Shown: piece by piece, positions 14,201-25,059 of the stretch
How the letters are laid out: the number at the start of each line of letters is the position of its first letter
Numbering within the stretch: position 1 is the stretch's first letter
Source: Auanema rhodensis
Lineage: Eukaryota > Animalia > Nematoda
Assembly: GCA_964057225.1 (NCBI GenBank)
Contig: OZ059898.1
Span: 4,526,001 to 4,590,000, forward strand
Length of the DNA: 64,000 nt
Direction of reading: 5' to 3'
Translations under genes and position numbers: made by a program
The notes under the pieces: generated by a model
Told to the model about the DNA's origin: nothing
Databases searched by the model: none
What the model saw: the letters and a program-made list of their open reading frames with translations, nothing else

Positions 14201-15181
14201 ACCACAACTTTTCATTATTCCATAGGAAATTTAATTGCCGAAAAGACAGGATTGCTTCCAAGTTGTTCAATAGCTGGATAGATCTATGAGCCGGTTTTTG
14301 CGTTTATTACCCTAGAAAAGCAACACCACCTATGTATCATTCATTGATCAAAGTGTTAGCGAAGCCGCAAAAAACCTATTATTCTACAATTTCACCAATC
14401 AAGATGTTATCGGTGGTTTTCGATGTATACATATATATTGCTTTTTAAATAAAAAAAATATACTATGTAATAGCTATATTACTCACAATTATTCTTTCTG
14501 CTCTTCATACTCTTTCTTCAAAATGCTCAGAAAAAAGAAGAAATGCATCAAAGATAAATCACACCTGTTACAAAAAGACAGATACAACCTTCTTTTTTTA
14601 TTTTTTCAAAATAATCTTTAATTTCACGCTAGCGTTTACATTTGCAAAATTATTTACATATATATTACATATAGCAACTAACATATTTATATCTCAAATT
14701 GAAATTTTTTGTTATTAAACCTAGTTTTTCTTGCCTCTTCCGCAAACTCAAATACGCATTTTAAAATATTTTTGCTCAAACGTCGCTGAAATCAACAACA
14801 ACTCTTTCAAGCTCTAAGTTTTAAGCTGTTTATTTATAAAATCGATATTTCAATCTCTTTATCGTATTATTTATTCGTTCTCACAAGGTTTTACTGAGGG
14901 TTATGACTTTCTTTTTTCTTTTGTATCTGATTAGCTGCTATCACGTGCTGTTTGATATCAGACTTTATTACTAGTGGTGACCCTAACAGTATGATATTCC
15001 GAGAAATAATATCAATTTTTTCTGTTGTTTTTTTCTTTAATAATTTTAGTTTCCTTTTCTTGTCATTTAACAAATTTTGCTTGGTTTTTTTTTAGAAATA
15101 CGGAGATTCGCATACATTTTATTCCAACTCACCCTATCTTTTCCTATGTTTTGATGTATTGGGCTCGTTAACGTTTAAAGT

Positions 15182-18100
15182 ATGCCCACTAATCATGGCC
15201 AAGGTGGAAGAAGAATACTTGTAGGAAGAGTTGTACAACCACTTAAATTCTGTAGTAACTCCATAAGGTGACTTTATTTTTTAAAGTCAAAAACTTCTTA
15301 ATTTTATTTCAGTACATGTAAATATAGTGCATTTACGTTCTTTCCACGGTTCTTGTTTGAACAATTTAGACGATATAACAACGTATTTTTCTTGATAATA
15401 GCTCTTCTTCAGGTAATAATAATAATTTGGTCAAGATTATTACGTGTTTTTTTCAGCAAATTCCTGATGTTAGTCCTACTGGTCGCTATACAACTGCTTT
15501 CCCATTTCTAATAATTCTTTGTGTGTCTGCATTGAAAGAAATTTTTGAAGATATTGTATCGTAAAAAGATGAATAATTTTCTTAGTTTTATTTGTTCAGA
15601 AACGTCGGCGAGCTGATAGTAAAGTTAACAATTTTCACTCCGAAGTATTAGATATTACTGCTGGAGAGTGGCAAGTTAGAGCATGGAAAAACGTTAGTTA
15701 TAAAGCATAGCTTTATAAAATAATGCATTTTTAGGTTTGTGTAGGTGATATTGTGAGAATCGAAAATGATCAATTATTCCCTGCTGATCTTATCTTGCTT
15801 TCCTCCAGTGAAGCTCAAGGAATGGCATATATTGAAACATCGAACCTAGACGGTGAAACTAACCTGAAAATAAAACAAGTACTTAACTCTTTTTTCCTTC
15901 TATATTAACTTAAAACTTTAGGCTTCTGAATTAACCTCTTCAATAACAACTATGGACGGAATCAGACAGTTTCAATGTGAAATTGAATGTGAACACCCCA
16001 ATCGTAACGTGAATGACTTCAATGCTAATATTTCTTTTCAACATGAACAAAGGCATATAGGTAAGTATACAACTTAAATTTTTAAATTCACCACTATTAA
16101 TAGGAATTGAACAGTTATTACTTCGAGGTGCGAGGTTAAAAAATACTTCTTGGGTCTTTGGAGCTGTTATTTATACTGGACACGATGCTAAGCTTCTCAT
16201 GAATTCTAATACGGCTCCTTTAAAAAGGTTTTTTTTGGTAGATATTTAAATTTAAATTCTATTTTATAGTGGAACAGTCGATGTTAAGACCAACTATCGT
16301 ATTTTGATTTTGTTCGCTGTTCTAGTAGCCCTGGCAATTATAAGTGCTTCTGGATTGCAATGGTGGAAGTCAAGTCACCTCCCCCAGAGTTGGTACCTTG
16401 GCTTTTTAGGTATAATAAATTTCATATAATTAATTAACAAAGTAAATTCAGCGAATGATAGCCGTTCATCATTTGGATGGGGAGTTCTAACGTTCTTTAT
16501 TTTATATAATAATCTTATTCCTATCAGTTTACAAGTTACATTGGAGATTGTTAGATTTTTCCAGGTAATAGTTAATATTTTTCAAAACAATTTAATCTTT
16601 ATTCAAGGCTATTTATATCAATAATGATGTTGAAATGTATGACTCCAACAGTGATTCATGTGCTATTGCAAGAACATCAAATTTAAACGAAGAATTAGGA
16701 CAAGTATAGAAAAGTAGTTTTATATTATTTTGAAAGTATCATAAACACAGGTCAAATACTTGATGAGCGACAAAACTGGTACTTTAACTCGTAATGTTAT
16801 GAAGTTCAAACGTATATCTGCCAATAACTTTAATTATGGAGATGATGAAAATGATGAATTTTCCGATCGCCGCCTGATCAATGATTATGAATCGGTTACA
16901 CCTTTTTAAGTTTCATTTAATTAGTTTGTTTTAGAATCCTTCAGAAAACTTTAAGATCGGTGAGATGCTTCGGATGATGGCTGTATGCCATACTGTTGTC
17001 CCAGAAAGGAAAGATAATGGAGAGGTGATATCGTTTCTATTTATTTCTTAAGTTTATTATATTTTTTCAGCTTGTCTATCAAGGATCTTCGCCCGATGAA
17101 AGTGCACTTGTAAAAGGCGCTGCTAATATAGGATTTGTCTTTCATACTCGTCAACCACAGAAGGTTGTGATAAGAGTGGTAAAGCATTGTCTTTTAAATT
17201 TATGTTACGTGTTGACTCTTAGAATGGATCTGATGAACATATAGATATTCTGGATGTGATTGACTTTACCAGTGATCGTAAAAGGATGAGTGTAATTATT
17301 CGAGATTCTGATGGGAATATTAAGTTGTATACTAAAGGAGCTGTAAGAGATTTGTTTCCTTATATTCATTTCAATATTAATTATCAGGACACCATTATTT
17401 TCGATCGACTGACAGAAGGAAGCGAAGAAGATGTCAATATTTGTAAAGATCATTTGCGACAATATGCATCTTTTGGTTATAGAACTCTATGCTTTGCAAT
17501 GAAACATATCGATAAGGTTTTCATATTTTAGTTTATGTGGCATATCTTAATTTTGAAGAGTGATTATGAAAAATGGGCTCCAAAATATAAAGCTGCTGGT
17601 TTGAAGCTTGAAGGACGTGTACAAGCTCTAGCTGAGACTGCCGAAAGCTTTGAAACAAATATGCAATTAATCGGAGCTACAGCTATTGAGGATAAGCTAC
17701 AAGAGGTTTTAATTTATGATATTTATTATTACATCCAATATTCCTAATAGTATGTACCTGAAACGATAAGATCTTTAATGGCTGCTAAAATCAAGGTTTG
17801 GATGTTAACCGGAGATAAAAGGGAAACTGCAATCAACATAGGTACTATTTACATATCTAATTTGACTTAAAATGATTTATTCAGCCCATTCGTGTGCTCT
17901 ATGTGACCACAATACAGAGCTTTTAATTGTTGATAAGCATACGTATGACGAAACGTATGCGAAATTAGAACAACTAGCTAAACGTGCTATTGTATTGGAA
18001 CAAGATAATCGAGATTTTACTTTGGTCATCGACGGTAAATCTCTTGTGCATGCTTTAATAGGAGAAGCGCGAAGTCATTTTGGTCAGCTAGCCCTGCGCT

Positions 18101-21100
18101 GTACTTCTGTAGTGTGTTGTAGAATGAGTCCAATGCAAAAAGCAGAGGTTTAGTTCAATTTAAACGAACCCTATAAAATTTTTTTAGGTCGTAGAATTAG
18201 TTCGATCACTCTCTAAAAGTGTTGTCATGTCGGTCGGAGATGGAGCTAATGATGTTGCTATGATTCAAGCTGCTAATGTTGGTGTTGGTATATCAGGGGA
18301 AGAGGGTTTACAGGCCGCCTCAGCTTCTGATTATGCAATTCCTCGTTTCCACTTTTTACGTCGTTTATTATTGGTAATATTTGAGCAGTTTCTTAATTCT
18401 TACACTACTATTACTTTTCAGGTTCATGGTGCTTGGAATTATGATCGTTCCGTTAAAGTTATTCTCTACAGCTTTTATAAGAATATCACTCTATATATAA
18501 TAGAGCTTTGGTTCGCCATATTCTCTGCTTGGTCTGGACAGACTATATTCGAAAGATGGACGATTGGAATGTTCAATGTCATATTCACTGCTTGGCCTCC
18601 GGTAATTATCGGATTGTTTGATAGGCCTGTTCCGGCGGAACAAATGATGACTAGGCCGTCTCTATATCATAGCTTCCAGGAGAAAGCATTTACACTTCCG
18701 GTGATTAATTTTTATATAATGTCTATGATAACTAGTTTTTTAAGCAATTTGCATTATGGATAGGAATGGCTATTCTTCATTCTTTAATTCTCTTCTTCTT
18801 ATCTTATGCATTTTTGGAAGATCAAATTGTTTGGAGTAATGGAAGAGATGGTGGCTGGTTGATGTTAGGAAATTGTGCCTATACTGTATGTCCTCCCCCT
18901 GATTATTAAAAAAAGCAATTTTTTTAGTTTGTTGTTACTACGGTTTGTCTGAAAGCATTGCTGGAAAGTGATTCTTGGACTTGGCCCGTTCTTGTAGCTT
19001 GCTTTGGCTCTATTGCGCTTTGGCTGATCTTCTTGATTCTTTATGCACTGGTTTGTTTATTCCATCTTTCATGCTTAATTGTTTTCTGCTAGGTGTTCCC
19101 AACTATTTCTAAAAATATTGGAGCCGATATGTCTGGGATGGCATATATAATGATGTCGTCACCTAGCTTCTGGCTGGCTTTTATTTTTGTACCACTTTCT
19201 ACTCTTCTAATTGATCTCATAATTAAAAGGTACGTACATATTATATTGGATAAGGTGTCAGTGCTTGTATTTGTAATATATATTCAAATATCTTTAAAAA
19301 TTATGCGAGTGTGTTTCATTTGTTCCCTATCTTTGCTTTGTTTTCCAAATTCGCATGCAAACGTTTTTTATTTGTTGTTTGTACTTCTGTGCACTTTGAG
19401 AAAATTCGTGTTCCGTTTACAGCTATAGAAATCAGAAGGATTTACCAAAATATTTGTCGCGCTTTAAACAACATTCAACACTGTTTTCGAAGTTACGCTG
19501 CTGGAAAATAAGGGCGCATTGAATTTTCGAGATGTGCATTTTCACATCACAGCGTTAGTTTCTTACCACTGTCTTCTCTTCTGAAATTCAAATGATGCAT
19601 TTCTAACCAAATATTCTATCTAAAAAACTTTAATAATGTCTGGTTGTTAATAGGCTAGGTTATTTTTTCATATGAACAACTTATATTTTCAGTACTTTCA
19701 CTATAACATCTCCCACTCCTAGAGAAACAGTGATTGCTAAATTAAAACGGACACATTCTACTTCAGGATTTGAACGATTAGCAAGGTTAGTTTATTCGTT
19801 AAGAATTAAGTTTAGAGAGAATAATAGTTCTCTTTCTATCGCACTAAGCGCTAACATCAATTTTCTTTTTTTTTGTGTTTTTCTCGCGTGCGCTAATTTG
19901 TGGTTTAAGCAGTTCGACATGAAAGTGTCAGCACGATCTGTCTATCTGTTGTCTTATTCTTTTGATAAGTGTTTATTTTATCAGAAATATAATATACTTA
20001 TGGATGTGATCATCTTGAAGTAAAACTTTGTATTCTTTATGCACTTTGTCCTTTATACCGTTTTTTTCTCGTCGCTTTCCTTACCTTGCACCGAAATTCT
20101 GAATAGCCTGCTTTTCCAACTGTTGTCATGTGTTTGGCCTGTTTAGTGGTGGAGAGAAACTCAATGGATCAGTACCTGAGGACAGTGGACAGCGCCCCCC
20201 TACCAAAGAGCATTCTCGTCTCCGTGGCCATGACAATTTAGCCATGGATTATGGCAGTACTGAACTTCTACCTATGGCTTCTATAGCGACTCAAGATGGA
20301 AATCATGTGACTCGAATAGAAGTTCGGCCTTAATGATTAGAATTTTTATTCGAAATCATTGCTGCATCTACTTGTTGTTGTGGTTCGTCTTCTTCTCTGT
20401 TTCTTTATTACTAGTGTTACCTCTAATTCCATTGATATTCTTGCATCAGGGGTAGGTGAGTGCCTTTTCGATTCACCCACGTGTTTAGAAAATGTTCTTT
20501 TGCAAAGCAATTTTTATAGGTTAAGCCCATAAACGTTTTATATCAATATAAAAAAAACAATCTTCTATTGGTTTGCTTTAAGCACATGGAAGTTTGCTAA
20601 TCATATTCTGCACTCTATCATCTCGGTTTTGACCCTTTGTTAAAATTATCCAAGCGCAAGACAGATATAGATATAGTAGTCGATAATAATAAAATTACTG
20701 ATTTTTCATGTCTTTGGGGTGAGATGCACGGTTTTTTTAAATTTAAGTTTGTTTCTGCTCAAATTAAAAGCATGATGAGATTTCGATAGTGATTGTGTAA
20801 AAACATTGAACTGCTTTGAACCAGTTAAATTGAATTTTCGTAATAGTATTTTTCTTAAATTTATGAGAACTTTACAGTTATTCCATGATAGAAGATCAAG
20901 TTCGCTTATTACATGTAGTTGCAAACTCAACCGATAGTACTCGTACTTCTTGTGATCTTGCTGAAGAAGTTAGATGTATGTTATTTCTGTTGTTTTTGCT
21001 TTTATAAGTTTATATTTTTAAGATGGTTATTCCTATTCACAAGAAGAATTTGGTGCAGTAGCTCAAACTGACATAATACGTAACGTCGACTCTACTAGGC

Positions 21101-21120
21101 AAAAACCTAGTGGTCGTTAA
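15182..21120 (+). CDS. tat-1: P4-type ATPase aminophospholipid flippase (ATP8A family)
   Basis: Spliced translation starts [15 protein letters not shown]...FCSNSISTCKY. It contains [40 protein letters not shown] and [11 protein letters not shown], and a terminal exon [32 protein letters not shown] that closely matches C. elegans TAT-1 as I recall it. Confidence 0.95.
20147..20333 (+). CDS. tat-1: Alternative terminal exon of tat-1 (SGGEKLNGS...RIEVRP*)
   Basis: TTTAG acceptor in the phase left by exon 19693-19785; about 62 open codons with coding-like GC content. Confidence 0.65.
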
Positions 21121-21722
21121 TAGCTCTTCTAAATGTTTATTTTTATTTGATCGAAATATATTTGATATTTTCATGATCTTATATTCAAAACTTCTTGTCA
21201 AAACCTTTTCTACTTTTTTTCTGTTTTTTGTGCCTTGGTTAACGGGATAAGTTCCACGTTAACACATTTTTTAAACGAATCACACTTACATTCAATATAA
21301 CTGCTTTGTAATTTATAATATTTTATCTTTTAAGCAGAACATTGATTACTATTATATTTCATTAACTGCCGAAACTTACGGGTATCTTTCAAATCACTTG
21401 TTATAGTTAAGGCAATTTATGCGATTTGCCTTTTTGTGATATATGTTTGCACGGTGTGTACGTTAATACTTCAAATATTCTTGTACCAAATATATGTAAA
21501 TAAATAAAGGATTTTATCTTATTTCTTCTAAAAACTTGATACACTTGACACAACCATAAAAAATCGCGAAAAATCTTTGAAATTGTTCTCAGCTTTTCTT
21601 GAACATATATCACAAAAGTACTCAATGCCCATTTTTAAATAATGATTTATCAGTAGTATATAAAATGTTGTTACAGATAAAAATAAAATAATAGGAGTTT
21701 CAACTTTTCAGATACAAAAGAT

Positions 21723-22135
21723 TAATACGCATCACTCCGGAAGTCCACGACAAATAAAGAAAAAAACTCTCATTGAAGCCAATATTTTCAGCATTCAGAT
21801 CACCCAATCCGAGAATTTGAGCCAACAGAGATAACTGGATGACAGCTCTTGCAATTTCTCCTTTCTTCTTGGCAATTTTACGTTCAAAAGCATCCCTAAA
21901 TACACAACAATTGAAAGGAAAAATTGACAAAATTGAAATCAACCTTTAATAAATAACTTTTAAAAATGCCAGTCTCTCTCCAGCATCACCAAGGTTTTGA
22001 ATACGACAATCTTTTCACAGCAAATATACACGATTTTGTCCGATGCAACAACATTAGGAATAAATTCAACGACTGTTCCAACTCCCAAAATCTTCAAAAG
22101 TTTGTAGATATATATAATTCGATTTTTTTCTGCTT
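21723..22135 (-). pseudogene. Frameshifted atypical (PI3/4K-like fold) kinase carried inside the Maverick relic
   Basis: Reconstructed across frameshifts: IELYIYKLLKILGVGTVVEFIPN...VYICCEKI...FKTL (N-lobe-like), LAQILGLGDLNAENIG (catalytic loop DxxxxN) and FVVDF (Mg-binding DF). A probable 48-nt GT-AG intron lies at 21896-21943. Confidence 0.7.
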
Positions 22136-22364
22136 ATGCGACTTTCCATTCTGATTGGCTTCTTAAGCGAAAGAAAAAAAATTTAAACCGGGCCGATTTA
22201 CTATTCGCTAAGAGAACCGAAAACCTTAAAGAATATATCACTGTTGTTCGAGAAAAGATTAGTCAAATAAGTAATTTATGATTTCTTTTCTTTGAATACT
22301 TGTTGAATAATCCACCTTAGACCTTTCGGCTTGCAAGTTGCTTATGAGTGGAGGGTATTTCTGC

Positions 22365-22470
22365 GTCTCTCATAAAGATTCCTCGGGGAATTTTTAATTC
22401 CAAGCACTTTAACAAGTTCTTCGATTTCATAGTTGGTTAATGGCTTCAGATCTTTCAAAAATTTTGCCAT
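22365..22470 (-). pseudogene. N-terminal stub of a Maverick adenain-like cysteine protease (PRO)
   Basis: MAKFLKDLKPLTNYEIEELVKVLGIKN-(1-nt frameshift)-RGIFMRD resembles the Polinton protease start PL(T/S)N.(D/E)...(K)L.I..FRG(V/I)FMRD. It is truncated before the catalytic His and Cys. Confidence 0.75.
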
Positions 22471-22818
22471 TTATTACCTTGAAAATTGTTCTAACGTGTT
22501 AAAAAATGGAAATGAGCAAAATTTTTGAAGAAGTGGTCCAGACTTTTTTAAAAATTGACATGTTTTTGCTCAATCTAAACATATTTTCAATAAAATAAAG
22601 CCTGAAAATGCTAAAAAAGTGTAGAAATTGAAGATTAAGTGGTCCAGTAACAACATTTTATATACTACTTTTACCTATTAAGTTTAATTTTTATGTTGTT
22701 TTGATTATAATAATTATTTATTTTGTAGGAAAACACAACATTTGAAATGAAGAAATATCTCTACCACTTATCCAAAAATACATTTAAAAAAAAAAATAAT
22801 AAGCCAATTTTGTTTTAG

Positions 22819-23688
22819 TCATATACAACAATATCCACTTTCACTGCTAGCTTCTTCATTCAACTCTAAATATTCAAAATTAGATTAGCTTGGAACAAAA
22901 AGACTCACTAATTGGTTCAGATTGTGATCGTTTATGCTCCAAGAATGGAAGATGGGCTACTGTATTGAAAACCTATCGAATATTTGTTATACTGTTATAC
23001 AACCCAAAATATTTCTTACAGTGTTAACATTATCTCCAGTTTTAGCAGAAGTTTCGATATAAACACCGCCATATTTCATTAATTCTATTCCTTCCGGTGG
23101 AATAAATCTAAGTTTTATATTTCAATGGTTTTTTTCATTTTTTATGGTTATGATACCTTTTGGATGATCGATCACATTTACTTGCTACTAAGACAATATG
23201 TATTTGACGAGATTTCCATGTTTGAACATATTGAACCCATCTTTGAATACTTTCTGATGACCGTGTATCTAAAATATACGAATCCGAAGATGGTTAATAG
23301 TATTTGAGAAACCTGTAGAATCAAAAACAATAACAGCTACGGCAGCTTCACGTATATATGATGGAGCTAAATGTCTAAAACGCTCTTGTCCAGCTGTATC
23401 CCATATTTGTAAACGTACTGACTGAATAACGTGATGCTATTTGTAATTTATTGAAAACATACTGTATTATCATCCAATATATACGTTTTATGTCGGAAAT
23501 CTATTCCTATTGTAGCGGAATTATCATCATCGAAGGAGTTTTCGAAAAATCTGTGTAAAATAGCAGTTTTTCCGGCTATACATCAAAAATTAAATACACG
23601 AAATTGAAAATATAAGGTCATTACCTCCAGAATCTCCTAACAGAACGACTTTAACATCATTATTTATCACTGCTGCAGTTTCTGTCAT
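22819..23688 (-). CDS. Divergent Rab GTPase, Rab6-like, 7 exons
   Basis: [53 protein letters not shown] and C-terminal GYCCI*. All introns are GT-AG and phase-consistent. Confidence 0.9.
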
Positions 23689-25059
23689 ACTATAAAATTG
23701 TAAATAATTCAAAATCGAATAAATAAAAATATATTTATATAAATGAAGTTTAAAAAGAAATTATCGCCATGGAGTAAGTTTAGAAGCTACTATCTAACGA
23801 TAATATTATTGTACGAAGCTGATTAAAGAATCAGTTATCATATAGTTCAACAACAACTTTTTAACACATTATAATTAAACAATTGATTTCCCTATTGATG
23901 TTGAACTTATGTATATAATAGAAAAAAATAATGTTCTGTTGACATATAGAAGTGAATTCGATAAAACGAGCTGACATGTTAGTTACAAAAAGCTTACAGA
24001 GGATGAACAAATATATAAAAAAAGAATGAATCTATTTGTTATCACCATATTCTAACAGAATGTGCATAATATTGCTAAATTAAAAAAATTATTTATATTC
24101 TATAAGGGTTATTATTTATTCAAAGTAATATTATATCTTCAATTATAGTTGAGAGAGAAGTTTATTCCCCGATCATCTTTATCAATATAGCTGGTGTTAA
24201 TATCGATAAAATTTCAAATCTTTTGAGAACTAAAAGCATAAATAGATGCAGCAATGCCTTGATATGTCAGGAATCAGAACAACTCATTGAGAATAGGCTC
24301 TTGAAAAGCTTTTAACCATTTTTAAACCCTCTTCACACTAGACAGAATTTATGCATTTCCAACCAATATCTGTCGATGTGAACCTTATTTTTCTCAAACT
24401 AGTAATACGTCTATTTGCATATGTTCTAGTTATCAGAACTCGTAAAGAAGAAAAAAGAAAAATCCTGATTCAGCAAAATGCTCACCATACTGTTGATATC
24501 ACAGTAAATTAAATGTATATACTTAAAAACACAATACAATTTTTTGCCCAATTTATTGTCCGAATAGGATGGAAAACACAAGTGTAGTACAAAACTGACA
24601 ATAATGATGTTATTCTTAATGCACGTTAGTTGGGCATAATTTTTGTTTTATAAAACTCTGTGAAAATAAAAAAAGGTAGTATAACCATTAGACACCGACG
24701 ATTGAGCGAATCTACCTGAAATTATGATTAGAAATTATGAATTACCAATGTATTTACCTAAATTTGGCGTCTTTTCTTGCATCCACAACTCATAATGCAA
24801 ATAGTGATCCATCTCTGTCGAAAAAAGGCACATTCAAGAAATAAAAAATTATGTAGAGATGGGTGCATAATAATAAATAGGTCACAGACCAAAAAACAAC
24901 AAATTAATAAATATGATTGCTCAAGTTTAGTGCAAGAGAGAAGGATCTTTTCAAAATTGCAGAGATCAACAAAACCAATAGGAGCGTGAGGATGCCACAT
25001 CCAAACATCAAAGGACCGGTTAGCCAAAAAGTGAAACAACAGATTGTGGGACACTAGAG

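Larger units (their letters stand above)
21652..22669. mobile_element. Internally deleted Maverick/Polinton element
   Basis: Perfect 23-bp terminal inverted repeat: AGTAGTATATAAAATGTTGTTAC at 21652-21674 and its reverse complement at 22647-22669. Flanks are TTTATC (21646-21651) and TTTACC (22670-22675), a 6-bp TSD with one mismatch. A Polinton-type protease N-terminus lies inside. Confidence 0.85.

Noticed and set aside
12973-15181. Possible upstream tat-1 exons (MRSLPNFINVDSIEK plus a 14-nt exon at 15096) in frame with the main ATG
   Set aside because: It needs a weak GC donor and has no homology support I can see; left unannotated pending RNA-seq.
21407-21632. Minus-strand MGIEYFCDICSRK... 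start 19 bp from the Maverick left end
   Set aside because: It stops after 34 codons, and no convincing splice path gives a recognisable zinc or RING domain.
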